Positions 52,006 through 61,655 are shown, numbered from the stretch's first letter. The stretch: 64,000 bases of DNA from an uncultured Christensenellaceae bacterium (GCA_910587595.1 CAJULQ010000005.1:883-64882); one strand, 5' to 3'. Numbers and translations: made by a program. Notes: a model not told the origin generated them from the letters alone.

Positions 52006-53424
52006 ATGGTAAGAACGAGATTTGCGCCCAGCCCCACCGGATTTTTGCACGTGGGCGGTTTGCGTACCGCGCTGTATGCATATTTGTATGCCAAAAAGGC
52101 GGGCGGAAAATTCATACTGCGCATAGAGGACACCGACCTCGAGCGCACCGTGCCGGGGGCGGTGGAACTGATTTACCGCACGTTGCACGAAACGGGTCTG
52201 CACTACGACGAAGGCCCCGACGTGGGCGGCGCTTACGGGCCGTATGTGCAAACCGAGCGCAAGCAATTATATCTCGACTACGCGCAACAGCTCATTAAAA
52301 GCGGCGACGCGTACTATTGTTTTTGCTCCAAAGAGCGGCTGGGGCAACTGCACGAAAACGGCGCCACCAAGTACGACAAGCACTGTTTGCACAACGTGCC
52401 GCTCAAAGAAGCCGAGCGGCGCATTGCGGCGGGCGAAAAATACGTGATTCGTCAGAACATTCCCGCCGAGGGCGTTTCGTCCTATGTGGATCTGGTGTTC
52501 GGCGAGATCCGCGTGGATTATAACGATCTCGAAGATAATATACTCATAAAATCGGACGGCTATCCCACCTACAACTTTGCCAACGTGATCGACGATCACC
52601 TCATGGGGATCACCCACGTGATCCGCGGGGTGGAATATTTGTCGTCTACGCCCAAATACAACCTTTTATACGATGCGCTGGGGTGGGAGCGTCCGCAGTA
52701 TATCCATTTGCAACCTATCATGCGCGATGCGCACCAAAAACTGTCCAAGCGGCACGGCGACGCCAACTACGAAGATTTTATTGCCAAAGGCTACCTGAAA
52801 GACGCGATCGTAAACTATATTGCGCTTTTGGGGTGGAGCCCCAAAGACAACCGCGAAAAAATGACGCTGGCCGAAATGGAAGAACTGTTTTCGTTGGACG
52901 GCGTGAGCAAGTCGGCCTCTATCTTCGACGAGGCAAAAATGCGGTGGCTCAACTCGTTGTATGTGAAAGAGTTGTCGCCGCAAGAGTTCCACGCCAAAGT
53001 TTTGCCGTTTTATGCGCCGTATGCGTATTTGCAAGGATTGGACCTTGCGTATTTGAGCACGCTGTTACACGGCCGCACCGAGGTGTTTACCGACGTTGGA
53101 AAGCTCACGGCGTTTATCGGTGCGTTCGACGATTTCGACACCACTCTGTATACGAATGCCAAGTGGAAAACGGACGCGGCGCTTGCCAAGCAAATGTTGC
53201 CCGCGCTGATCGATATAGCCGACAAGCAGTGGGAAAGTTTGCACGAGGCGTTGCCCGCTTATGCCGAGAGCGCCGGCTACAAAAAAGGGCAGGTGCTGTG
53301 GATCTTCCGCATAGCTCTCACCAACGCGGCGTCTACGCCGGGCGGCGCCACCGAAATGGCAACGTTGTTCGGAAAAGCGGAAAGCTTGCGGCGCTTGCGG
53401 TATGCGCTGTCCCGCCTTGGGTGA
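52006..53424 (+). CDS. gltX: glutamate--tRNA ligase
   Basis: The real start is MVRTRFAPSPTGFLHVGGLRTALY (HIGH-type motif). KLSKR (KMSKS-type) motif present. Confidence 0.96.
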   Translation: MVRTRFAPSPTGFLHVGGLRTALYAYLYAKKAGGKFILRIEDTDLERTVPGAVELIYRTLHETGLHYDEGPDVGGAYGPYVQTERKQLYLDYAQQLIKSGDAYYCFCSKERLGQLHENGATKYDKHCLHNVPLKEAERRIAAGEKYVIRQNIPAEGVSSYVDLVFGEIRVDYNDLEDNILIKSDGYPTYNFANVIDDHLMGITHVIRGVEYLSSTPKYNLLYDALGWERPQYIHLQPIMRDAHQKLSKRHGDANYEDFIAKGYLKDAIVNYIALLGWSPKDNREKMTLAEMEELFSLDGVSKSASIFDEAKMRWLNSLYVKELSPQEFHAKVLPFYAPYAYLQGLDLAYLSTLLHGRTEVFTDVGKLTAFIGAFDDFDTTLYTNAKWKTDAALAKQMLPALIDIADKQWESLHEALPAYAESAGYKKGQVLWIFRIALTNAASTPGGATEMATLFGKAESLRRLRYALSRLG

Positions 53425-53452
53425 GCCGTTGCCGCGCCGATTTCATTGCATG

Positions 53453-53484
53453 AAAAAAAAGCCTTTGCACGCAAAGGCTTTTTT
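53453..53484. terminator. bidirectional terminator between convergent gltX and the glycosidase-like gene
   Basis: A8, then GCCTTTGC-ac-GCAAAGGC, then T6. Confidence 0.8.
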
Positions 53485-53497
53485 CTATCGGGGTTAA

Positions 53498-56350
53498 TCA
53501 AAAACTTGTTTTTACGAGCGAGTAGGAGGGGCGCAACAACGCGTTGCAACCCTCTTTCCAGTGTCCCGAAAGGTCGAACGTTTCCGGCCCTACGGCGGTG
53601 GGTTCGTCGCACAAAGCAAAGTGGTGCGGTCCCATCAGATTGCGGAGCGACGTGGTGAGCGTAACGCGCACGGTGTTCTTTCCTTTTTTCACCATATCCG
53701 AAATGTCGGCGGCGGTGTCGAACAGCAACGTTTTGCGTTTGCCGTTGCATTCTATTTCCGCCGTCTGCCAGCGTCCGCCGATCTCCAACACGCAACCGTC
53801 TTTGCCGCACTCTAACTCGTGTTCGAGCGTGATTTCACCGGCGAACATGGCGTAGCCGTCGCGGAGAAAGTCGCGCACGTTCGGTTGGGGCGCGTCTATC
53901 ACAAAGCCGTCGCATACCGCCGTGGCGTCCGTTTGGCCGTCGCGAAGACCCACGGGGTATACGCCGAACCCGCCCGCCAAATACACGCTTTCGAGCGCGG
54001 TGTTATACACCATGCAGTTGCGCAAACTTTCGGTAACGCCCTCGCCGAACAGCGCGAAATACACGCTTTCGTCTTGGTAATAGTGCAAGGTGATAACCAC
54101 CTTATTCACGCCCTTTTGCACGTGTTCGGCCACGTCGTACACACCCACTTTGGGTTCGTGTTCGAGCGTGCTTTGCTTTTGCACCGTTACGCCGTTTATT
54201 TCCACCGAGTAGGTATTCATATCTTCGGCATACAGTTTGCAATCGGAGGGCGTTATGCGGCTTTCGAATTCGTATTGCAACCGCAATTTGCCCGCATACC
54301 GTTCTTCGAGCAGCTCGGCAAAGATCTGAATAAGCGGCTTGCTTTCGCCGAAGTCCTCGCCCTCGCGCGCGACCCGCGCGGCGTCGATGGCCATGGTGTT
54401 GGCGGTAGAGCGCACCACGCGCATGTCGCCTTGCCAAGGCACAACGGGCGGTTGCGGTTGGGGCTTGGCCTTTTTATCGCAAGGATACAACAGCACGCTT
54501 TGCCCGCCGCGCAACGTTTGGGTGAGCGGACGGGGCTTGGAAAGGGTGAGCGCGTCGGTATCCAAAACGCGCGCGCTGCGGGATAGACCTGCGTGCAACG
54601 TGAACGTTTGCGCCTCGGCCGTGGGGTTTATCACAAACACGAACGCGCCTTCTTCGCTCATGCGCATGCACGAGCGAAGCGCGGGGTTGTCGATGGCGTA
54701 CGGTTGGGTGGATTTGATCTCTTCCATCGTGGCGGTGGAAGTGAGCTCGCACGTAAACGGCACGCCGTCGAGATAGGCGGGCGCGTCGCCCGTAATAAGC
54801 AGTTTGCCGCCCGCCGCCGCAAATTCTTGCAACAGCGCATAGGTAGAGGCGGTCAGATTTTTGCAAGACGGCAATATGCAGTAGCGATACGCGCACCGGC
54901 CGCATACCAGTTTGCCGTTTTCCGTTTTGCCGTGTTTGGCCAAAAGCGTTTCGTCCACATAGTGGTGGCCGATGTGCGCCTCGCCCAAACCCTCCACCGT
55001 TTCGCGCAAAAACGTTTCGGTAGCTTCCACGCCGAAGTGCGGCTCGTTGCGCCGAAAATCGATATAGGCGGCCGTTACGGGCAACAACACGCACACGTCG
55101 GCAAGTTCCGTGCTGTTGCCGATGAGCGCGCCCAATCGCGTGTAGCAATCGTTGAACCGCCTAAAGTGTCGGTTGATCCACGGGTTGAGCGGGGTATAGT
55201 GCTGGGGATAATCGCGCTTGCGTTGGCCGTATTCGGCATAGGGCAACAAGTGGTGGCACATCACGTTCACGCCGCCCACGTATTGATAGTCGAGCAGTTT
55301 TTTGAGTTCGCGGGGGGTAACGTCCCACCCGCAACAGCCGAACGTTTCGGTGATCACGCGTTTTTTGCCGCACTGCGCCGCCGCGCTGCCCACTTGTTTG
55401 ACGGCCAATTCGCCGTAGGTATCTCTGCCCAGCCAGTCGATGCCGGGGATATGTTCGTATTCGTAAAAGGGCATCACGCCGCCGCAACAAGCGATCTGAT
55501 AGCCGATAGAGCTTTCTTCCACGTAATGGCCGGTGAGCGACATGTTGTTTTCTTGGCAAAAGTCATACAGCTTTTTGGCAAAGTTTTGCAAAAACAGCGC
55601 GCGCATGCCGCTCCAATACCGAAAGCGGAACGTTTCGTATCCTTGCTTTTCCGCGAACAAAAGCCCCAAGCCGTCCAGCACGTCTTGGCCGTAGTGCTCT
55701 TGGAAATAGCGCTCGATCATGGGCGTGTAAGCGGTGTCCCACCGAAAGTATTGCGGTTCGTCGGTGAAAAATCCTTTGATCTTTTGCGAAAACCGTTCGC
55801 CGTAGCGCGCTTTATACGCGCGGTGCGTGCTGTTTAGGAATTTTTCCACCACGTCGGGATTTAATATGTCCACCGTGGATACGGCGGTGTGGCAATACAC
55901 GTTGAGGTAGCGGCTCGTTTTATCCCCTTTATCCGCCCGTTGCAACGTTTGGCCGTCTATTTTATAGCTGACCATGGCGGCTTTGTCGAACGCGCCCACG
56001 TTGTGCGTGAGGTAGCGGTCGCGGTTATTTTCGTCCGATAGCAGCTTGCCGCCAGCAAATCCGCTCGGCCAACCGTTTTCGTCGTACATGTAGGCGTCCA
56101 TGTCGAGCGCCGCCGCTTTTTCGCAACAAGCGTCGCAACACTGCATCCATTCTTCGCCCAAATATTCGGTGAGCAATCCGCCGCGGGCGTGCATGAAAAA
56201 CCCGCCGATGCCGTTTCGGTGCATCCATTCTATTTGTTGTACCAATCTGTCCGGTTCCAATTTATCGTTCCAACTCCAAAACGGAATGGGGCGGTAGTCG
56301 CGTATATAGCGGGCATCGGACAGCTTTTTGATGATGTTGTTTTTTTGCAT
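53498..56350 (-). CDS. large putative glycoside hydrolase (family not assignable by eye)
   Basis: 950 aa. N-terminal motif PFWSWNDKL...NGIGGFFMHARGGL..EY...W as seen in uncharacterised glycosidase-like proteins. No signal peptide. Confidence 0.5.
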   Translation of the reverse strand: MQKNNIIKKLSDARYIRDYRPIPFWSWNDKLEPDRLVQQIEWMHRNGIGGFFMHARGGLLTEYLGEEWMQCCDACCEKAAALDMDAYMYDENGWPSGFAGGKLLSDENNRDRYLTHNVGAFDKAAMVSYKIDGQTLQRADKGDKTSRYLNVYCHTAVSTVDILNPDVVEKFLNSTHRAYKARYGERFSQKIKGFFTDEPQYFRWDTAYTPMIERYFQEHYGQDVLDGLGLLFAEKQGYETFRFRYWSGMRALFLQNFAKKLYDFCQENNMSLTGHYVEESSIGYQIACCGGVMPFYEYEHIPGIDWLGRDTYGELAVKQVGSAAAQCGKKRVITETFGCCGWDVTPRELKKLLDYQYVGGVNVMCHHLLPYAEYGQRKRDYPQHYTPLNPWINRHFRRFNDCYTRLGALIGNSTELADVCVLLPVTAAYIDFRRNEPHFGVEATETFLRETVEGLGEAHIGHHYVDETLLAKHGKTENGKLVCGRCAYRYCILPSCKNLTASTYALLQEFAAAGGKLLITGDAPAYLDGVPFTCELTSTATMEEIKSTQPYAIDNPALRSCMRMSEEGAFVFVINPTAEAQTFTLHAGLSRSARVLDTDALTLSKPRPLTQTLRGGQSVLLYPCDKKAKPQPQPPVVPWQGDMRVVRSTANTMAIDAARVAREGEDFGESKPLIQIFAELLEERYAGKLRLQYEFESRITPSDCKLYAEDMNTYSVEINGVTVQKQSTLEHEPKVGVYDVAEHVQKGVNKVVITLHYYQDESVYFALFGEGVTESLRNCMVYNTALESVYLAGGFGVYPVGLRDGQTDATAVCDGFVIDAPQPNVRDFLRDGYAMFAGEITLEHELECGKDGCVLEIGGRWQTAEIECNGKRKTLLFDTAADISDMVKKGKNTVRVTLTTSLRNLMGPHHFALCDEPTAVGPETFDLSGHWKEGCNALLRPSYSLVKTSF

Positions 56351-56415
56351 GAACGGTGTTTCCTTTTGTTAAAATGGCGTTCGTAAAAACAAAACTGCAC
56401 GCAAATTGCGTGCAT

Positions 56416-56441
56416 TCGTTAAATGGAGCGGAAGACGGGAC
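56416..56441 (-). repeat. 26-nt duplicate of the tRNA-Gly 3' end plus its 8-nt downstream flank
   Basis: TCGTTAAATGGAGCGGAAGACGGGAC occurs identically at 56416-56441 and at 56598-56623. Confidence 0.9.
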
Positions 56442-56497
56442 GCATATCGCTACGCGATCTGCCGACTTCGCAAGGCAAGCTTGCTCGTCCGCTTGCT

Positions 56498-56522
56498 GAA
56501 AACAGTGCACTGCACTGTTTTC
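56498..56522. terminator. perfect palindromic hairpin, possible terminator of the tRNA transcript
   Basis: GAAAACAGTGCA-c-TGCACTGTTTTC. Confidence 0.35.
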
Positions 56523-56605
56523 TTAACGCGCGCGCTCCCTCGGTGTTCGAGTCCCGTCATGCCTTGTACGGAAAACAACGCCGTTACGGGTGCGAGATCG
56601 TTAAA

Positions 56606-56680
56606 TGGAGCGGAAGACGGGACTCGAACCCGCAACGTTCAGCTTGGGAAGCTGACGCTCTACCATTGAGCCACTTCCGC
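56606..56680 (-). tRNA. tRNA-Gly (anticodon CCC), CCA encoded
   Basis: The reverse complement is GCGGAAGTGGCTCAATGGTAGAGCGTCAGCTTCCCAAGCTGAACGTTGCGGGTTCGAGTCCCGTCTTCCGCTCCA. It folds as a cloverleaf with anticodon loop TTCCCAA. Confidence 0.9.
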
Positions 56681-56795
56681 ACAATGTGGTTTCAGTATAG
56701 CATACTCGCGCCCGCCCGTCAAGCACCCGCAACCTATCGGCAAAAAATTTTATGCGTAAGCAGAGCGTAGGGCGGCGCAAAAAGGCATATATATA

Positions 56796-56822
56796 GAAAA
56801 AGCCCGTCCGATGTCGGCGGGC
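56796..56822 (-). terminator. intrinsic terminator downstream of veg
   Basis: GCCCGTCCG/CGGCGGGC stem, preceded on the + strand by AAAAA (a U-run on the - strand transcript). Confidence 0.55.
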
Positions 56823-56839
56823 GGGCAACGCGGCGGCAT

Positions 56840-57082
56840 TTACCGCACTTCGCTCAGTTTGATGTCGCCGCATATGATGTCGGAATACGAGCAGGCGAGC
56901 AATTCGAGATTTTTGTTGTCGGCGATCTTGAGCGTGAACACTTGCGGATACACGGCCAAAACGCTGCCGCAATAGCGCAATATCTTTTTGCGCCCTTTGT
57001 TTACCGAGATGCGCAAGGGGCGGCCGGTAAGCTCGCGCACGTAGGCTTTCACTTCTTCCATGGTTTTGGCGCACTTTCTCAT
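56840..57082 (-). CDS. veg: Veg family protein
   Basis: 80 aa. ..GRPLRISVNKGRKKILRYCGSVLAVYPQVFTLK... aligns with B. subtilis Veg. Confidence 0.85.
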   Translation of the reverse strand: MRKCAKTMEEVKAYVRELTGRPLRISVNKGRKKILRYCGSVLAVYPQVFTLKIADNKNLELLACSYSDIICGDIKLSEVR

Positions 57083-57213
57083 GGAGTAAGTTTGCCCGCG
57101 CCGCCAAACAAATATACCGCATTGTAAAAAAATGTGTTCTAAACAAAAAGGACGGGTTATATAATATACTGTTATTTAGGACAAAACATCTTTTTTAGGA
57201 GGCAAGGACACTT

Positions 57214-58719
57214 ATGGCATTCGAACCTGTTTATTCGCTCTTATCGCCGTCGTACCCCAAGCGGTTGGCGGCGGGGCAAGCGGTAATAGAGGCGCGGCTG
57301 TTGCCGGCGGGCTTTACCGTGGGCAAGGTATTGTCTGCTTCGGCGGACGTGAGCGTAACGGCGGGGGAGGTATTCACCGGCGAAGCGCGGTACGGCGGCA
57401 AAGCAAATTTCCGCGTGCTCGTGTTGGACGGCGACGGGATCTGCCGCAGTTTGGACTATGTGGCGGAATTTTCCGACAAGCTGACGGGCGACGGGATCAC
57501 GGCGAACACCCAACCGCAACTGTCGGCGTGCGTGCTCGATACCGATATTGTGCTTGCCACCGAAAACGAGATCAAGTTGGCGTGCGTGGCGGAGGTATAC
57601 CTCACGGGCATTGGGGGCGAGTCGGTGAATTGCTTGACGGGCGGCGGCGACGGGATATATACCCACGACGATCGCTTGGACTTTGCGCGGCTGAGCGGCC
57701 GCGGCACCGAGAGCCATTCTTTTTCGGAAACGGTGGCCGTTTCGGAGATGGACGAATTGCTGTTTATAGAGCCGCGTTGCGTGGTGATGAAGCGTTCGTC
57801 CGACAGCGACTGCGTGCGCGTGGAAGGGCTTATTATTACCGACGTGGTGGGGCGCAGCGGCGACGCGGCGATATCGGTGCGGCAAGAAACGCCGTTTAGC
57901 GCCGAGCTTTCGGCCATAGGGGCGCACAGCGGCGATATCTGCTCGGTGCGCGCCTCGGTGCAGTCGGCGCACGCCGAACTGACGCATGGCGAAAGCTGTG
58001 TCGTAGCTTGCGACTTTACGTTGGAATTTACCTATTGCACGTTTACCGAAGACGTGATAAATCCCGTGTGCGACGCGTTCAGCGTGACCAACGAATTGCT
58101 CATTGCGGGCGCATCGGTTTCGGTGCCCATGCCGCTTGAAGACGAAACGTTTTTCGAGCGCGTGGAAGGCAAAGTAACGTTAGACGACAACATGCCGCCC
58201 GCCGATAGGATTTTGTCGGCTTGCGGTTGCCGTCTTAGCATTACCGACGCCGCGGCGGGCGACGGCAAACTCACCGTGGAGGGCATGGCGGCCAGCAATA
58301 TCGTGTATTGCACGGAAGACGGGCAAAAATCGTCGGCCACCGTGGAATTGCCTTTCTCGCTGACGGTGCCCGCACCGCTCAAAAAAGGCGACACGGTGTC
58401 GGCGCACGGCGTTGTTACCAACGTGTCGGTCAAAGTGCGTCGCGACGGCGATTTGGAGATCAAGGCGGATATTGCGGTGGAATATTCGGCGTGCCGCGAA
58501 GAAGTGAAATACGTGATCAACGAACTCACCGTGGGCGAGGAGCGCGCGTTGCCTACCGGCGCGGTGGCCATTCACATTGCCCGCAAAGGCGAAACGCTGT
58601 GGGACGCGGCCAAAGCATTGGGCACCACGCCCGAAACGGTGCTGTTGCAAAACCCCGGTATCTCTCTGCCGCTGTCGGGCGGCGAACGGGTGATCACCTA
58701 CCGTTGCCTCAGTAAATAA
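57214..58719 (+). CDS. DUF3794-like repeat protein with C-terminal LysM domain
   Basis: C-terminal LysM (IHIARKGETLWDAAKALGTTPETVLLQNPG). The N-terminal beta-rich region resembles DUF3794 proteins of spore-forming Firmicutes. Confidence 0.55.
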   Translation: MAFEPVYSLLSPSYPKRLAAGQAVIEARLLPAGFTVGKVLSASADVSVTAGEVFTGEARYGGKANFRVLVLDGDGICRSLDYVAEFSDKLTGDGITANTQPQLSACVLDTDIVLATENEIKLACVAEVYLTGIGGESVNCLTGGGDGIYTHDDRLDFARLSGRGTESHSFSETVAVSEMDELLFIEPRCVVMKRSSDSDCVRVEGLIITDVVGRSGDAAISVRQETPFSAELSAIGAHSGDICSVRASVQSAHAELTHGESCVVACDFTLEFTYCTFTEDVINPVCDAFSVTNELLIAGASVSVPMPLEDETFFERVEGKVTLDDNMPPADRILSACGCRLSITDAAAGDGKLTVEGMAASNIVYCTEDGQKSSATVELPFSLTVPAPLKKGDTVSAHGVVTNVSVKVRRDGDLEIKADIAVEYSACREEVKYVINELTVGEERALPTGAVAIHIARKGETLWDAAKALGTTPETVLLQNPGISLPLSGGERVITYRCLSK

Positions 58720-58760
58720 AAAAGAGCGTTTTTGCCGCCAAAGAGAACGAACGCGAGCGG

Positions 58761-58789
58761 TTGACAAGCCAAGGGCGTTGGGCTATAAT
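58761..58789 (+). promoter_or_regulatory. consensus sigma-70 promoter immediately upstream of the HAD phosphatase start codon
   Basis: TTGACA (58761-58766), 17-nt spacer, TATAAT (58784-58789). Confidence 0.6.
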
Positions 58790-58796
58790 GGAAAGC

Positions 58797-59444
58797 ATGA
58801 TAGATACCATACTTTTCGATCTGGACGGCACGCTCTTAAATACATTGGACGATCTATGCGACAGCACCAATTTCGCGCTGTCGCATTTCGGCTATCCCGC
58901 CCGCACCTTGGAAGAAGTGCGCGGCTTTGTGGGCGAGGGCGTTCGGCTACTTATAGAGCGCGCGTTGCCCGACGGCGCCAAAGATCGCACCGACGAGGTG
59001 CTCAAGGTGTTTTCGGCGCATTACGACGTGAACAAAGAGAACAAAACCAAGCCGTATGACGGCATTGCGGAAATGTTAAAAGAGGTGTGCCCGCGGTACC
59101 GCACGGCCATTGTTTCCAACAAATACGATAAAGCGGTGGCCGATCTGCGCAACAAGCTGTTTGCCGACGTGACGGTGGCGGTGGGCGAGCGCGCGGGACT
59201 GCGTAAAAAACCCGCGCCCGATATGGTGGAATACGCCTTGCAACAGTTGCATGCCGACAAGCGTTCGGCGGTGTATGTGGGCGACAGCGACGTGGACGTG
59301 CAAACGGCGCGCAACGCGGGGTTGCCTATCGTAGCGGTGAGCTGGGGCTTTCGCGACCGCGCCTTGTTGGAACGGTTGGGCGCCGACGCGATCATCGACC
59401 GTCCGCAACAGTTGGCGGCCGCCGTGCAAAAACTCAACGGGTAG
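58797..59444 (+). CDS. HAD-superfamily hydrolase (phosphoglycolate phosphatase-like)
   Basis: MIDTILFDLDGTLLNT (motif I), SNK (motif II), GDSDVDV (motif IV). The track start, TTG 58761, coincides with the -35 box and is rejected. Confidence 0.85.
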   Translation: MIDTILFDLDGTLLNTLDDLCDSTNFALSHFGYPARTLEEVRGFVGEGVRLLIERALPDGAKDRTDEVLKVFSAHYDVNKENKTKPYDGIAEMLKEVCPRYRTAIVSNKYDKAVADLRNKLFADVTVAVGERAGLRKKPAPDMVEYALQQLHADKRSAVYVGDSDVDVQTARNAGLPIVAVSWGFRDRALLERLGADAIIDRPQQLAAAVQKLNG

Positions 59445-59561
59445 CGCCCGCCTAATTTAGAATAACGGGATACAAACGGCTTTTTCAAAAAAGTCGTTTT
59501 TTTATAAAAAAATAAGAAATATTAAAATCGGATTAAATGCAAAAAACTATTGACAAAAACG

Positions 59562-59591
59562 TTGACAATACTATGTATCATATAGTATTAT
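59562..59591 (+). promoter_or_regulatory. candidate padR promoter with overlapping inverted repeat
   Basis: TTGACA (59562-59567), 18-nt spacer, TATTAT (59586-59591). Inverted repeat ATACTAT-N7-ATAGTAT at 59568-59588. Confidence 0.4.
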
Positions 59592-59672
59592 GTATTCAAC
59601 AGTATGAACGCCGCGCGGCGCGACTGCGTAAGGAGCAAACATGACGAAAAGGACCCGAAAAGGAGGGAACAA

Positions 59673-59984
59673 GTGGATGCACAATTAAAAAAAGGACTTC
59701 TCGAAGTGTGCGTGTTGGTTTCTCTCAAAAAAGAGGAAAGCTACGGTTACAAGATCATAAGCGACATTTCGCCGTATATCGAGATCAGCGAAAGCACGCT
59801 GTATCCCATACTCAAGCGGCTGGAAGCCACGGGATGTTTGACCACGCGAACCAAGGAGCACAACGGACGACTGCGCAAGTATTACATGATCACCGAGGCG
59901 GGCAAGCGCAAGATCCGAGAATCGATAGTCGATCTCAACGATCTCAAGCGAGTATACGACTATATATATCGGGAGGGTATTTGA
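59673..59984 (+). CDS. PadR-family transcriptional regulator
   Basis: LEVCVLVSLKKEESYGYKI......S.STLYPILKRLE..G......E..GR.RKYY.IT..G. GTG 59673 follows AGGAGG. Confidence 0.88.
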   Translation: MDAQLKKGLLEVCVLVSLKKEESYGYKIISDISPYIEISESTLYPILKRLEATGCLTTRTKEHNGRLRKYYMITEAGKRKIRESIVDLNDLKRVYDYIYREGI

Positions 59985-60006
59985 ATGAAGACGGAGGAGA
60001 AAAACC

Positions 60007-60708
60007 ATGACAAAATATGAATGGGAATCGGAGCTGAAAAAGAATATACACCGATTGCCCGTCGACGAGATCAGCCGCATCATGGAATATTACGACGAAT
60101 TGTTTGCCGATAAGATCGAGCGGGGCTATAACGAGTGTGAGATCATCGGGCAGTTCGGCAATCCCGTGGACGTGGCAGACAAGATCTTGGCCGACTACGA
60201 GGGCGCGACGGCGCAAGCGCCGCAAACGCCCACGCCCGCGCCCGCGCTTGCGGACACACCGGCCGAGCCCATACAAAAAGGGCAAGAAACGCCCGTGCCT
60301 ACGCCCGTGCCCGCGGCGGTCGCCGTGCCACCGCCCGCCAAACAGAGCGGCGGTTTGCGAAGCGAACGCGCCATCATTTTGGCCGTTGTAACGGTGTTTA
60401 CCGGATTTTTGCCTATTATTTTGTTCGGCACGGTATGGATCGTGGCGGCGGCTTTGGTGGTAAGCGGCGCGGCGTGCGCCTTGGGCGGCGTGGCCGGATC
60501 CATTCTTACCGTTATCACCGTGTTTCGTGAAACGCTGGGCGTAGGACTTGCGCAAATAGGCATGTGTTTGGCGGTGGCCGGCATGGGCGTGGTGCTCACG
60601 ACGGCATGCGTGGCGGGCATGCGACTGTTGGCCAAAGGCACGGCATGGATATTCCGCGCCGCAAAGCGGTGGCTGTATCCCGTGCAAAAATCGGAGGTGA
60701 AAGCATGA
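60007..60708 (+). CDS. DUF1700 (HAAS-type) membrane protein, PadR-associated
   Basis: N-terminus MTKYEWESELKKNIHRLPVDEISRIMEYYDELF is typical of DUF1700. A Pro/Ala linker and C-terminal TM helices follow. Confidence 0.75.
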   Translation: MTKYEWESELKKNIHRLPVDEISRIMEYYDELFADKIERGYNECEIIGQFGNPVDVADKILADYEGATAQAPQTPTPAPALADTPAEPIQKGQETPVPTPVPAAVAVPPPAKQSGGLRSERAIILAVVTVFTGFLPIILFGTVWIVAAALVVSGAACALGGVAGSILTVITVFRETLGVGLAQIGMCLAVAGMGVVLTTACVAGMRLLAKGTAWIFRAAKRWLYPVQKSEVKA

Positions 60709-61655
60709 GTGCGAACAATAACGAGCCGACCAAAACGGCAAACGATAAAAAGAAGATGCGTATAAAAAAAGGGCTGTTTGCGGGCGGTATGGTATTTTTG
60801 TTGGGCGTTTTGCTGTTCGTGGCGGGCATGAGCGCTTTGGATTGGGACTTTTATAAATTAGACACCACCACGTACACGGCCAAGAGTTTTGCGCCCGCGC
60901 CCGAACAAACGGTGACGCGCGTGGAACTCGACGTGGATTCTTTCCCCGTAACGGTGACGGTGGGCGATGCGTTGGCGCTATCTTACTTCGAGGCCGGCGA
61001 TTCGAACGTATCCGTTACGTGCGAGGACGGCGTGCTGAAAGTAAAAGAAGATTACACGTATCGCTTTATGAAAAACAGTTGGTTCAACTTCGGACGCTTA
61101 AAGCGCAAATACGAACTTACGTTGCCGCAAGGCGTGGAGATCGTTTTGGTGGGATCGAGCGGTGACGTAACGCTGAACGGCTTGCAATTGGGCGATCTGG
61201 CGGTAAATTCGGCCAACCTCGATCTCATACTTCGTGATTGCACGTTTCAAAGCTTGACGGTCGAATCGGCCAATGCCGACATAGAACTGTATAACTGCAC
61301 GGGCGGCAAGGTGTCGGCAGAGGGCGTCAATCTCGATTTCGAGGCGCAAGGGTGCGCGTTTGCCTCGCTGTATGTTAAGGGCACCAACGCCGACGTGGAA
61401 TTGGTGGACGTGACGGCGCCCGCTATGGAAATACGGGGTACCAACGCCGACTTTGCGCTCGAAAACATTCGCACGGACGCGCTCACCGTGCACGGCACCA
61501 ACTTGGACGCCGACATTTTTATCGACGGCGCCAAAGCGGACTACACCATCGAAACGAGCGGGCGGGACTTGCCTGCCGAACAGACGGGCGCCACCGACAA
61601 ACGCATCAAGCTGTCGGGCACCAACAACGACGTGAAGCTCAAGTTTGCGGCCTAA
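60705..61655 (+). CDS. DUF4097-like (putative adhesin/beta-helix) membrane-anchored protein
   Basis: ATGA overlap with the upstream stop, one TM helix, then a repetitive beta-strand region (..GTNADVELV..GTNADFALE..GTNLDADIF..). Confidence 0.7.
   Translation: MSANNNEPTKTANDKKKMRIKKGLFAGGMVFLLGVLLFVAGMSALDWDFYKLDTTTYTAKSFAPAPEQTVTRVELDVDSFPVTVTVGDALALSYFEAGDSNVSVTCEDGVLKVKEDYTYRFMKNSWFNFGRLKRKYELTLPQGVEIVLVGSSGDVTLNGLQLGDLAVNSANLDLILRDCTFQSLTVESANADIELYNCTGGKVSAEGVNLDFEAQGCAFASLYVKGTNADVELVDVTAPAMEIRGTNADFALENIRTDALTVHGTNLDADIFIDGAKADYTIETSGRDLPAEQTGATDKRIKLSGTNNDVKLKFAA

Noticed and set aside
56423-56770. 115-aa plus-strand ORF (and overlapping small ORFs) across the tRNA-Gly region.
   Set aside because: It overlaps a well-folding tRNA gene and its repeat fragments, and has no RBS.
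58761-58796. TTG 58761 (and ATG 58788) as the start of the HAD hydrolase.
   Set aside because: TTG 58761 is the -35 hexamer of a consensus promoter, and ATG 58788 overlaps the -10 box. The HAD motif I normally lies within the first ~10 residues, which fits ATG 58797.
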